64,000 nt of DNA, taken from Callorhinchus milii. Its lineage: Eukaryota. The notes under the pieces were generated by a model. The model worked only from the letters and a program-made list of their open reading frames with translations. It made no database searches and had not been told where the DNA came from. Of this stretch, positions 1 to 11,650 are shown piece by piece (position 1 is the stretch's first letter; the number at the start of each line of letters is the position of its first letter). The translations under genes were made by a program, and so were the position numbers. The DNA is taken from the NCBI RefSeq assembly GCF_018977255.1, contig NW_024704751.1:15128001-15192000 (forward strand), given 5' to 3'.

Positions 1-19
1 CTTTTTTTTTAAGTGGCAC

Positions 20-120
20 CGTGGGATATTTAATATCCTCGTTCATGTGACTGCCCGGACGGTGGAAGGCAAACTGGCTGGACTTTCTTCTTTTGCCTCG
101 TAAATTCTTACGTTCTTATA
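20..120 (+). mobile_element. CR1 LINE 3' UTR fragment
   Basis: aaggcaaactggctggac...aaattcttacgttcttata tail, the same tail type as the copies at 18055 and 37310. Confidence 0.6.
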
Positions 121-800
121 GATTGGGACGTGCTGGGGGAGGAAGGGAGGAATCGGTGGGGGTGGGGGGGCGGGGTGTGTGTGTTGTGTGTGTGGTGACT
201 GAGACACAGACACAAGAAGCCAGCATCAGCTCGGGAATTGGTCGGAAGGGTCACGGATGGAAAACCGGTTAGTTGTGATTAAGGAAAGCAGCCGCACTTT
301 AGCTTTCGAGTTAATAAGCTTATATTTACATTGCAAAATCTCTTCTTTCTATTCTGTAAGACCTCTTCAAAGCCAGCCGCGGGATTCTGCAAGCGATCTG
401 CTTGCACTGATATCACTTATCTCTCTCAGTCAGCCCAAAGATCCTCTTGGGATTTGGGGGAGGGGAACGAGTGAGGGGTGGGGGGGGTAGAACGGTTTAT
501 TAGCATTTATAAGATATTTCATTCTCGGTCTCTATTCTTTGAGATTTTATATCTTACACAGATTAGTGACTAACCCCAACCAACCTCTCTCTCTCCCCAC
601 AAACACACATCTAGAGACTAATCCGGATTGCGTTCAGTTGCCTGTGTAAAGCCATTTATCACCGTCTTTGGGAAGCAAAAAAATTGTCAGTTTCAGGTTG
701 TGTAAAGATACAACACGTCCATTTCACTGTCAGCGCTCATCCTTGCTCGCCAAAAAAACCAACACAATGAGGCCTTTGCTTTCGTTAGTCAATTCATTAG

Positions 801-1211
801 TCGAATCCCATAGGGTGGTGGTTAGAGCACTCGCCTCGCAAGTGAGAGGACCTGGGTTCGATTCCCAGGGTGGTGGTAAACTTTAGGCAAGTTTCCTTAC
901 ATGACATGTCTTGGTTTACCGAGCAGTAATTGGAACCCCGGTTGTTAATCGAATGGCGGATCGCTTTCCGGGGGTAATAATGACCCCAAAAGAAAAAATG
1001 ATGATAATTTGGTCACTCAATCCACGACTGAGATTGTCAGGTGTCAGATTGTGTACGAGATTGTCTGCTGAGTTTCCCCCACAAAATACACAGTCAATTA
1101 ATTCACCTTACAGTATATCCTGTGAAGCGTTTTGAGATGCCTCAACGACATGATAAGGCGCTCGAGGGATGGAGGGAGAGGGAAGAGAAATGCAAGTAGC
1201 TGTTGTTGTTC
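801..1211 (+). mobile_element. SINE family A (tRNA-Ala head + CORE-like domain + L2-type tail), near full length
   Basis: A box/D-arm gtggttagagc, anticodon arm ctcgcctcgcaagtgag, B box gggttcgattccc, CORE-like ggcaagtttccttac...gtttaccgagcagtaa, tail gtgaagcgttttgaga...aaggcgct...aaatgcaag. Confidence 0.9.
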
Positions 1212-1898
1212 TGGTGGTTCCAATCTGTTTCCAAAATCACACAGATAATTTTGACACTTTTGCATTTGGAGAGACTTGGCATGTTCATCAAGTGACTGTA
1301 CGTTAGAGGATCGAGACCGTGCTGTCCTTTTAAGATAACCCAGTGACTTACCCACCCGGCCACTAATACGTAATTGTGAATAAAGCTGCTTAAAGTTTTA
1401 GCTGACAGTTTTATTTGCATTTTAACTACCTATGATGAACGTTGCAGTCTGTAACTAAATGTGTAAATTAGATCCGCATCGGGAATCACACCAGTTATGG
1501 ATTTTGAATGGGCAATAATGTGTGAAGTTCAAGTGCTTCTGCACTGCTCCCCATATGAATCATGCTTAGTAAGGCACAATGTACAAATAGCCACAGAGAG
1601 AGACACTGCTTTAGGGAATCTACTGATCTACTGGTTGACCCTTTGATTGGCAACCAAAGGGTCAACCAGTAGTGAGCGGGATCCCCTTGGAGCTGAAGTG
1701 GCTCCAAGGTGACACATTTGGCCACGGAATGTCGGAATCGAGCCAGCCCTCTATGGCGGTTTCGGTTGTCCGGTTCTTGAGCCATTTGAGTCTGCAGTAT
1801 TCCAGGTCATTCCTGGTGATGGCACAGGCAGCCTGGCTCATCGGCAGGACCTGGGAGAGCAGATCAGTCACTGCGCCAGGGAATCCTTCATGTCTTCT

Positions 1899-1985
1899 AG
1901 ACGTCTCAAAGCGCTTCGCAGAGCATACTGTAAAGTCAATTGACTTTATATTTGTGGGCGAAAGGCGGCAGTCGATTGGGCACAT
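1899..1985 (-). mobile_element. SINE 3' fragment
   Basis: Reverse complement of the shared tail (agacgtctcaaagcgcttc...actgtaaag...gcggcag). Confidence 0.75.
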
Positions 1986-3276
1986 AAAGCTACGTGGTTT
2001 TAGCTGGTTCGATCAACTGAAGGGTTACCAGTGTGGTGTTCGTGATTAAAAGAGTAATTTGCCTCCCATTGTTCTCAACGAGAAGTGGGTCACTGTGGTG
2101 GGACCCCTCACACTTCAGCAAACGTCTACAACGGATTTGTCACCAAAAGGTCCGATTGTGTAACAACGCTGGAAATCTAAGGGCCGGCTCAGAGAGGTCT
2201 TTGCTATTATCAAACCACCGCTGAATAATAAAGGCTCGATCACCATGAGCTGTCAGGAGCATTTGATGATGAGATTTATTTTAAAGAAAAATTCAGCTTT
2301 GATCCCCAGAAGGGCCAAGGCTGAATGTGCTGGAGAAACAAAACAAGAATAAACTGTTTTGAGTTTACTGATGCCTCGAAGGTACATTTTCTCTCCCTCT
2401 CTGTCTCTCCCTTCTTCCCAATTGATCTGTGGAGGAAACTGTCATTGACTTGTTTGTGTCCAAATCGTGATGGTTTCTGTATTTTCTCTATCTCTGAAAG
2501 TAAGTCAACACAAAGAGGATGGACTGACCTCAAAGCCACATCTGTGGATTCTAAGTGGGATTGAGAAGGGTGGGAAGCTGTCTCTGAATAATGCTCTGAC
2601 TCCTACCTCTTCAACAACAACAACAATTTACATTTCTGCAGCGCCTTTCGCGTCGTGAGGGACGTCCCAAGGCGCTGACGTCCCAATGGTCACACTAACG
2701 GTCTACCCACTTGCTTGGCCTACAACCCCACCTCTGTACGGTGCCCTGAGACACTAGCCATTGCAAGTTATTGCATCCTTTTCTATTTCCCAGCTTAGTG
2801 GCTGTGGGCAGATAATTGGTATCCAAGCCTCTGCTCAAAATGCGCTTGAATCGGGAATGCCTTCCTGCTCAGCACAGCCTTCCTGCCCATTGTCCCATCC
2901 GCAGCGTTCCACCGGTCCGAATGAAAGACATCCCGACCTTGAACATTTGTCCGTGCAGCAGAACAGAGCAGCGGTTATATAATGGCAACAGTTATCTCAG
3001 CTGCTGCACATTATCACAGGTTGGCTCAAACAACACAATTGTACTCTCAGCAACTTTGGACAATCCCCGAGTAACAACATCTTGTCACTTCATTCAGTGA
3101 AGCCTGAAATTGCAGCCGGTGAAAGGAAGTGGGAGCTGATCATTTTCTTTGCAAGCAGAGTTGAAGACGCTTTCGATTGCAGTCTTGCACCCTTGTCCCA
3201 TTGCTGCCAGTGTGTCTGTCTGCTCCGAACTGACATCATGTCCATCATTCATGCTTTGAACAATTTAGCCGTGTCT

Positions 3277-3460
3277 TATAGAATCAGAGAATTTGGGAAT
3301 CTTACAGCACAGAAGGAGGCCATTCGGCCCATCGTGCCTGTGCCAGCCCTTTGGAAGAGCTATCCAACAAGTCCCACTCCCTTACTATAACCCCATAGCC
3401 CAGCAAATGTGTCCATTCCAAATGCCTATCCAATTCCCTTTTGAAAGCTACTAGCGAGTC
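3277..3460 (-). mobile_element. CR1 LINE 3' end
   Basis: cagcacagaaggaggccattcggcccatcgtgcctgtgcc...ctatccaattcccttttgaaag, the typical shark CR1 3' UTR and ORF2 end. Confidence 0.85.
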
Positions 3461-3765
3461 TTGCGATTTGGACAGTGGTAAGTAGAGTCACCCCCACTCC
3501 ACCACCCCTGCTTTTGTTATTTCAAAGAAACGTGGAGAGCTTATATTTATATCCCCCTACCACCACCCATCAAATTCACATTAACTGGCTACTGATATAT
3601 GCTCAGCTCTTTATATGGCATCGCTGCTGAGATTTGCCCTCACCCTTGCCTGCATGAAACACTCATTTCACATTATATTTGCGCAATGCTTCGAAAACTT
3701 GTTTATTATTACTGATGCAGAAAATTATTTATTTACATAGTTACTCAGAAAGCAGTCATAATATT

Positions 3766-3926
3766 GATAATAACCCTTGCATTTGATCTAGGGCCTTATC
3801 ACGTCGTCGAGATGTCTCAGAGCGCTTCACTGAGAAGTGGATTGACGGTGTATTTTATGGGCCAAACGCGACAGCCAATTGCGCACAGCAGCGTCCCCGC
3901 AAACAGTCGTGGGTCGAGGGACCAAA
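3766..3926 (-). mobile_element. SINE family A 3' half
   Basis: ataataacccttgcatttgat...cagccaattgcgcacagcagcgtccc...aaacagtcgtgg. Confidence 0.88.
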
Positions 3927-5014
3927 TGCAATATATATGCAGTACGTACCGTACACAGTAAATTCTTGATAACTCGGCACTGCAAGGGGAAAGGGTTCAG
4001 CGACGAGGTGCCCCGAGTGGCGAGTTAGGCGCACGTGTAAGTACGTAGATAATTGCAGCCGGGATATTGACAGCAATGAGGACTCAAGTGTAATGACAAG
4101 TTAAGATGGGGTAGAGTTATCCGCGTACTGCATAAATGCAAGTCGATGCAACTTTGACTGCACGTGTTTCAGTGTGCCAGTGACTTGCAACAGCAACAAG
4201 AGAGATTTCAACATGAGTAGAGAGGGAAGTGGGGGGTGGGAGCTGATCAGCTTATGGCAAAGTCCACATCCGACTGATTAATGGGCCTTTGATTGCTGTA
4301 TTTGACCATCTAAATATTTAACTGCTGGACCCAGCCTTGCCTTGGCACCGGGTCATGTTTTTTTTTGCGTGAGGGGTAAACATTGATGGATTTAAAGAAC
4401 AAAACGGGAGCTTGTTTGAGTCATTAATCTCAATCGGCAAGCCAGATGACTTGTTACGTCCGAGCGAGCTGCCGAATTCGGCAAGGTGTCGCGAACCTGC
4501 AACTCCAAGCAAACAGATTCGGCCCTAGTTACGATCCTGCCCTCGGGTGGGGGTTGTGGGGAGGGGGAGGGGGAGAGGGAGAAGGGAGGAAGGTCAGGTT
4601 TCGGGGTTCAGCCACAAACCCTCCCTCGGAAACAGCCTTGCTAATTGAGGTCCTTTAATTCAGAGCATGCGCACCCAGTGTTTATGAGCTGCAGGCGGAA
4701 GGCAAACGGTAGCTGAAGAACTGAATAATTCCGTTTCATCAGGGCCCCTCATTATAGTCCGGTTTGCATGGTGACCGCTGCTGTAACATCCATTATTTAT
4801 GAACCTCTCATTACTGGAAAAACTGGGCGCGTAAAACACCCCGACTATAACAGGGTGTTCCCCTGGCTCTCAAGACACGCCTGACAGATGTACAAAGTGC
4901 CACACAAGCTGTTCCAATTCTTTTGTTCTCCTCTCCTCCTTTCTCCCTTTCCCTCTCTCTTCACTCACCCCCCCCCCAACCCCCCCCACCCCCCCATTCT
5001 CGAGCCGACACTGG

Positions 5015-5305
5015 CCTTTGTAAGCACCTATAACATCGAAACGTCACCCAGCGCTTCAGAGGTAACTGCGGTCAAGTGTGGTGACTGTAGATTTGTACGC
5101 AAGAGCCTATTTGCGCACGCAGCCAGGAAGTTAGACGATCAACTGTACCTGGAGGATTGTTGGCCACGACAATCGGGAGAAACTCCCTTCACTTCCATGG
5201 AATTTTTACTGTTCAGGCGCGGACTGGACCTCGGGTTAAAAGTCCCATACGATGATGGCACCTCTGACAATGAAGGGCTTCCCCAGCACTGCACCGGGAT
5301 GTGTA
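5015..5305 (-). mobile_element. Degenerate DeuSINE
   Basis: Reverse complement shows the Deu-domain order (cattgtcagaggtgccatc...ggagtttctccc...gtggccaacaatcc) followed by the shared tail. Confidence 0.65.
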
Positions 5306-5916
5306 GGATCGAGCTCAGCACGAACTGGCTGGGCCGAGTGTACTGTTTCTGCACTGTGCCTTCATTGTAAATTCTCCCCAACGGTTGTGTGAGTTAATGT
5401 ACCCCCTACTTTAGCTGGGAGACGAAGCAAAGGAGTGATTGGGATGCTCAAGTGCTCTGGGACGTTACCCTGCGTGGGAGGCGCTATATAAATACAAGTT
5501 GTTGCTATTTGGAAGAGGTTCGCAATTCTCATGACCAAATAAAAGCTGAATTATCACCACTCCTGATAAGGTCTGATGTTTCCAGGCAGTTTTCTATTCC
5601 TTCACTAAAAGCATCAACACAGTCCTTAACTGTTACAATTCTCAATCTGAAACGTTGGTTTCGGATTAGTGTCCGTCACTAATGTTCATTCCAGTAATTC
5701 CCAACGCTACATCGACTGATCGTATTGATTGATATAAAACGTGGGGCTTTTATTGTGTATAAATTGCTGGAAATGACACAGCAAAAGTCCAGTCAATCGT
5801 GCATCTCTTTATCGAATTCCTTTATCATTTTAAGCGCCTCAATTAGTTCACTCCCTCAACCTTTTAAGCTCAAGAGAATAAAGGCCAAGTTTATGCAACT
5901 TGTCTTCATAATTTAA

Positions 5917-6030
5917 CAAATATACAGTCAATTCACTTTACAGTATATTCTGTGAACCGCTTTGAGACGTCTAGAAGATGTGAAAAAGCGCTATATCAAA
6001 TGCAAGGGTTGTTATTAAATGCAAGGATTA
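5917..6030 (+). mobile_element. SINE 3' tail fragment
   Basis: cagtcaattcactttacagtatattctgtgaaccgctttgagacgtc...gcgctatatcaaatgcaagg. Confidence 0.85.
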
Positions 6031-6200
6031 ACTCTTTAAGCCCTGGTATCATTCTGGTATCTCTGCGGCCTGGGTGCGAAGCAGAGACACAGAGTTCGGT
6101 CACCTCGCTCCCAGCTGAGGCATCATTCGCTCAGAAGCCTCAGGTGAAGACACAGAGATCTTACAACAGGTTTGCAAGGCACGGAAACAAATTGCTGTGT

Positions 6201-6520
6201 AGGAGTCCTGTAGCGTTGCGGTTAGCGCACTCGCCTCGCAAGTGAGAGGACTCGGGGCTCGATTCCCTGGCAGGGCCGAAACCTTAGGCAAGTATTAATA
6301 ATAATAATAATAATAATCCTTGCAGTAAATAAATAAATTGTTCGGTCACTCAATCCACGATTGCTTGTGGGACGCTGCTGTGTGCAATCGACTTTCGCGT
6401 TTCTCCCACAAAATACACAGTCAATTCACTTTGCAGCAGATTCCGTGAAGCACGTCGAGCCCTCTCACCGACGCGATGAGGCGCTATATATCAAATGCAA
6501 GGATTATTCAGATTATTATC
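6201..6520 (+). mobile_element. SINE family A with rearranged middle
   Basis: tRNA head ggagtcctgtagcg...ctcgattccc, then (AAT)n-ccttgca in place of the CORE body, then a complete 3' half ending atcaaatgcaaggattatt. Confidence 0.9.
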
Positions 6521-7319
6521 ATCACATCAAATCGTTTAAACGCTTTGAGTGGAGTATTGCCGGGGTGGCTTGGAGGGAATTGGGTTACCCCATGCCAGCC
6601 AGCCTCATTGCTGTCTGAAAAAGGGTAGAGCTTCTCTAAGCGGTTATAATAATCATTCACCTCTGTTCCCTCTGCAAAGGAATGACACTGGTCCTTTAAT
6701 CAAATCCCTTCAAATATTAATACCATGCCCTCAAGGTGGTCATGTCTTGGGAAGGCAGCTGTGGATAGAATCTCTCTCTCTCTCTCGCTCTGTTTTTAAT
6801 CTCGTCTTTTAAGCTCAGCACTGAGGCTAAGCGTGGATTCACCAGGCAACTCTGCATTCAGTCTATTTCAGGGGTTCACCAATAAATAATAATGTAATAA
6901 TTATTATTATTACTAGACACAAGAAAAGCATTGCCAGCATTTCCTGTGGAGGTTGTCAAGTCTTATCTGAAGAATGGAGGCAAATGACCTTCCCCCCCAG
7001 GGCTGCACTGAATCAAGGCATACCTTTTTGACCGTGTTTTCAGTCATCTTTCCCCTCCCCACCTCCTTCTCCTTCTCCTCCATCTCGGCTGCCCAGTGTC
7101 AAACACTTGTGACGTACTCCCGATGTGAAAGGCACTAGCTACATCAACGTAACTTGTATTGCATCGGAGCATTGGCTTAGACTGTGAGCTCAAAGTCCCT
7201 AACATGGGGCTTGAAGCCACAACCTTCTGACCCACGATGAGATAGATCCACAGCACAGAAGATTGGGTAGGTTACTGAAGATCTCCTGAAACATTTGCTT
7301 TGTGCCTGCTGCAAAATCC

Positions 7320-7572
7320 CTCACGGGTGGAAACTTGGAAGCCAATTGCGCACAACAGAGTCCCACAAACAGTCGTGGATTGAGAGACCAATTTTTTTCC
7401 CCAGGCAAGTGCTCCGCCGATCGACTAACAACCGGGTTCCTACTTACTTTTCCCTATAAAAGAGGCGTGTGGAGTAAGACGACTTGCCAAAGGTTTTGCC
7501 CTGCCCGGTAATCGAACCTGGGTCCTCTTGCATGCGAGGCGAGCGCACTAACCACTAAGCTACAAGACTCCA
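7320..7572 (-). mobile_element. SINE family A (head, CORE and part of 3' half)
   Basis: Ends ...aatcgaacctgggtcctcttgcatgcgaggcgagcgcactaaccactaagctacaagactcca, the reverse complement of the head. Confidence 0.88.
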
Positions 7573-8119
7573 TTGGAGTCAGAGTTGTAGAGAGATGCTC
7601 AGGAGCCTGGGACAGGTAGGAAGCAAACAGTAAGAACCCATAATACTTAATTAAACCAACCAATGCTGGCTGGAGCTTTCCAATTAAGCTCTGCCTCTCT
7701 ATCTGGGCAGCTTGGAGTACAAGCCCTCGCAGCTCCTGGATGAGAGAGAGTAAAGGGAAGCTCAAATTTAACCATAGATGTAATCTATTGGGAAATCCAT
7801 CCTTGATGTCTATTCATCATGGTTTGAGGCAGGTAATACAGTCATTCAGATGTGTCTCACTTGTCCAGGCACTGACCTAAAGGGCGAATGCTAATTTAGA
7901 TCAGGCACTAAGCCCTGAGTAACAAGGAGAAATACACATTTGGTGGAAGTGATATATAAAAAAAATGCGGCAATATGACATAAGGGATCAGATAACTGAG
8001 CCAACACGTGCACAATGTCGCGGATAAAATGCTGCGATTTCTAAGCTTGTGAGCGTTTTCGCACTGGCAGCTTGTCAAGGCTGGAAATTGGCACTGCCTA
8101 ATTCGATTAAACCCATCCG

Positions 8120-8290
8120 TCTACCCCTCTCCCACCACCACTTAAAAACATGTTTTAAGGGCCGCTTTCTTCGGCTGTGCTTTCGGCAGCCTTCCTCAAC
8201 CCCTACACCCTCAGCTCCCAATATATTACATGCTTTTGAGACACGGTCCCGACGTGAAAGCTGCTGTATAAATAGAAATTGTTGTTGTTA
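8120..8290 (+). mobile_element. L2 LINE 3' end, degenerate
   Basis: ...gcttttgagacacggtcccgacgtgaaagctgctgtataaatagaaattgttgttgtt tail. Confidence 0.6.
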
Positions 8291-8504
8291 ATCATCAAGT
8301 TGAGCGGTCGCCGAACAGAATTTTGTTGCTTTCATTTCCCCCTCTTCCTCCAAAAGAAGTCCTCTGTCCATTTGACTCGGTCCTTAAAAAAGTAAGGCTC
8401 ACGTTTTAGCCGTCAATTTGGTAGTCGGTCTTTTGCGATTCCAAAATGGTCTGACGTGTTGAGATGGGGTAGAATTTGGGGGCTTATACCCAGGCTTTAC
8501 AGTA

Positions 8505-8803
8505 CAGGGTGTTTACAAAGTCCTGTTTAAAGCCCCTGTGTGTTTTTTTTCTTAGAATGAATTTTTATTTTCTGTTGCAGATGAGTAGAGTGTAATAATG
8601 TCTGATACCAGTAATTTCCTCTTCCGTTACTCCACCCGTGTTACGGAAAATGTCTAAATACCGTACAGTTAACCATTTGTAATGAATACAATGCGGTACT
8701 TCTGAATACCATTGTCATCGTTCTTCCACATGTTTCAGCTGTTGGGTCAGTGCACTGCAGAAAAAATACAACATGGGGGTAACAGGACTTTGTGAACGCG
8801 CTG
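8505..8803. mobile_element. Tc1/mariner-type MITE (~300 bp)
   Basis: Left end TA|CAGGGTGTTTACAAAGTCCTGTT; right end reverse complement TA|CAGCGCGTTCACAAAGTCCTGTT. TA flanks at 8503-8504 and 8804-8805; AT-rich non-coding interior. Confidence 0.8.
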
Positions 8804-9978
8804 TAGAACACAAGGTGGGTCTGGATGAAAAAGTCCCTTCAGCCCATTGGATCTCATTCTCTGCAGAACACCCAGAGAATCCATCCAACCCATCAAGGCA
8901 TCAAGCTGGTTTTTAAACAAACACTGGAGAGAAATCAGACCTGAAATAACTCCCACCCCCACCCCCCCACCCACCACCGTCCAAACCACTGTAATTAAAA
9001 GACTTATTCCAGCAAAGAGCATCTCTAGCTCTGAGGGTGAAACGTGCACAAGTGATGCAGCGCTAAAAGGAAGAATTTAGTGTCTGCAAACTGGTTCCAC
9101 ACTGAATGCCGTATACAAAGGTTTCCCAGGAAACTGACTGCTCTGTGCTGCCATCAGCGCTGCCTTGCACTGACTTCGCAGGTGTTGTTTTTGCTAGAAA
9201 ACCGTCTTAAAGGAGCACTTATCTTAAAGGTGGTTTGAGTTGAAGAGAAGCCAGGTGACCGCGCAGCAGTGATGTGAAGCGAATGTCGCAGCTCTGTCCT
9301 GCACCCAATAGGTCCATGGGGAGAGTGCCTGAAATTCCACGCAGTCTTAGCCTGCGAGACCATTTGGTCTTAAAATTTAAGGGGGTGGGGGGGGGGAATT
9401 GTCGGCCAGGACGCTGGGAGAGAGAAACTCTTTTCTCTTTTCGAATGGGATCTAATGTCCAACTGATCAGAAGGGAATTCTGTCTCATCTGAAGGCCGGT
9501 GCCTCGGACAATGCAGTACTCACACAACACTGCATTGGAGCGTTAGCCTGTGAGCCGTAAGCCCAATGCGGAGCTTGGAACCATAACCCTCTGACCAAGA
9601 GGAGAGCGTGCAAGCAACTGAGCCAATGTATAATTTTGAAAACCTCCGTCACATCCACTTAACGTGCTGCGCTCCAGTGTAGCAAAGGCCAACATTTAAT
9701 GTCTCTGCAAATAACTATAGCCTCTCATCTTTGGCATATATCAAATGCAAGTATTATTATTATTATTACTATCATTATCAATCTCTTGAGTGCTCAGCAA
9801 AGTGAAGTCAGCCCTAATGGATAGTACTTAGTCAGTTTCAGCCAACCTCCCTGAAAACGTACGTTAGTTTCAATCTTGTTTAAGCAAAAACCCGGAGTTT
9901 TTTTTCCCACCCCAAAAATCTAAAGTTTTAAAACTTCGAGCCGTGTAACGCTTTGTCTCTCTCTCTCTCTCTCTCTCA

Positions 9979-10194
<216 letters not shown>

Positions 10195-10839
10195 TTAGAC
10201 GTTGCAAAAACCTCAGAAATTGCAGTGATGTACAATAATGATCATCATCCTTACAACAACAAAATATTGCATTTATATAGCGCCTTTCACATAGGGATGA
10301 TGTTCAAAGGGACTGGACAGTCAAGGATTTGCACCAGAGCCTACATTTGATAGAGAGCCTTTTCGACAGGAAGCCATCCCAAAGTGCCTCCCAGGATGTA
10401 GACTGTAAAATGCAGTGACTGTGTGTTTTGAGGACGAGTGTAAATTGGCCTCATCCACTCTACAGTCTTCCCACGATACCATCAAGTTGTTTCTTAAAGC
10501 GTTCCCAATGGATACCCGTCACTGTGCTCAGGAGTCTCCAAACCAGACAGACTATAAATCCACAGTCACTGTAACTGACAGAAATACCTACGAGATACCA
10601 CTGTTGAATACAAAGGATTTTTTTTTAAGGTTTAGATTGGGTAGCATCAGGATGGGAGGTAAGTACTGCCCTGGAATTAACCTCTGGACTTGTCTTCGTG
10701 GTTTACGAGGAGAGCTTGGAAGCTTGGAAGAGATTGAAATCCAGGTGAAAGCTGTAATTCAGCCTGTCGTGGAGCTGGTCTCAGGATTGGCGGGTGAATA
10801 AGTCTTGTTGCAAGTGACTGGGTGATACGTTACAGGGAA

Positions 10840-11033
10840 AAGAGAGAGAGAGAGAGACAGAGAGAGGGAGGAAGACAGAGAGAGAAAAAGATAGAGAGAG
10901 AGTGAGAAAGACAGATAGCGAGAAAGTCAGTGAGAGAAAGAGAGTGAGAGTCAGTGAGTGAGATGGGGGAATGTGAAAGGGGTAAAGTGAGACGGGGAAA
11001 GTGAGACAGTGAGTGAGAGAAAAAGACATAGAG
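10840..11033. repeat. GA-rich low-complexity repeat
   Basis: Imperfect (GA)n/(GAGT)n tract. Confidence 0.9.
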
Positions 11034-11254
11034 ACAGCCTTGCTTGCTCACTCGCTCTCTAAAAACTGACAAGTGGAGCCCCATGTGTCCATCTATTGAG
11101 GACTGAAGGGACTCTTGTACTTGGAGTGCGAGCGGGACTAAGCTATTTCAAGACTACTTTAAGTCCATTCCTAATGTAATGAGGTTTAAAAGCTGCACAA
11201 GGCTTTGGAATATAGGAGACATCCCTTAAATTCTGCAGTGTGGTTCTCAGCTGC

Positions 11255-11650
11255 TGTTAACCCTGCAAGCCAAAGCCCCAATGGGTATAGTGGTCCTGGC
11301 TGGACAAGCACACAGTGCTTTCAAGTGGCAAACCATCCAGTTTGAGTTGGTTACAACTACAGCAATCACCACCTCCCCTCAACCACCAACCAATGCTCTG
11401 AGGCCCCCAAGCCTTGTCTCTCGCCAACCTGCTGCTAATACTCTCCAGGAATAGGTAAGCCAGGGTGCGTTCGTGCAGAGAGAGATCAATAGAAAGAGAG
11501 AAAGAGAGAGAGAGAGAGCACATTGCCTTCCAGACATGGGGAAATTTCCACGGGTGAGTGGCATGCATAAGTGGAATTCTCAGTCTGGTTTAGTTACTCA
11601 TAAGCATGGCGATTGGTTTCTGCTGGTGTCAGACACCTGGCTGACGTCCT
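11255..11650 (+). repeat. Unclassified interspersed repeat family C, copy 1
   Basis: Homologous to 36494-36592 (opposite strand), 53590-53885 and 61804-62088. Shared blocks: tgttaaccctgcaa, cagtgctttcaa..ggcaaac, internal (GA)n, tctcagtctggttt. Confidence 0.75.
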
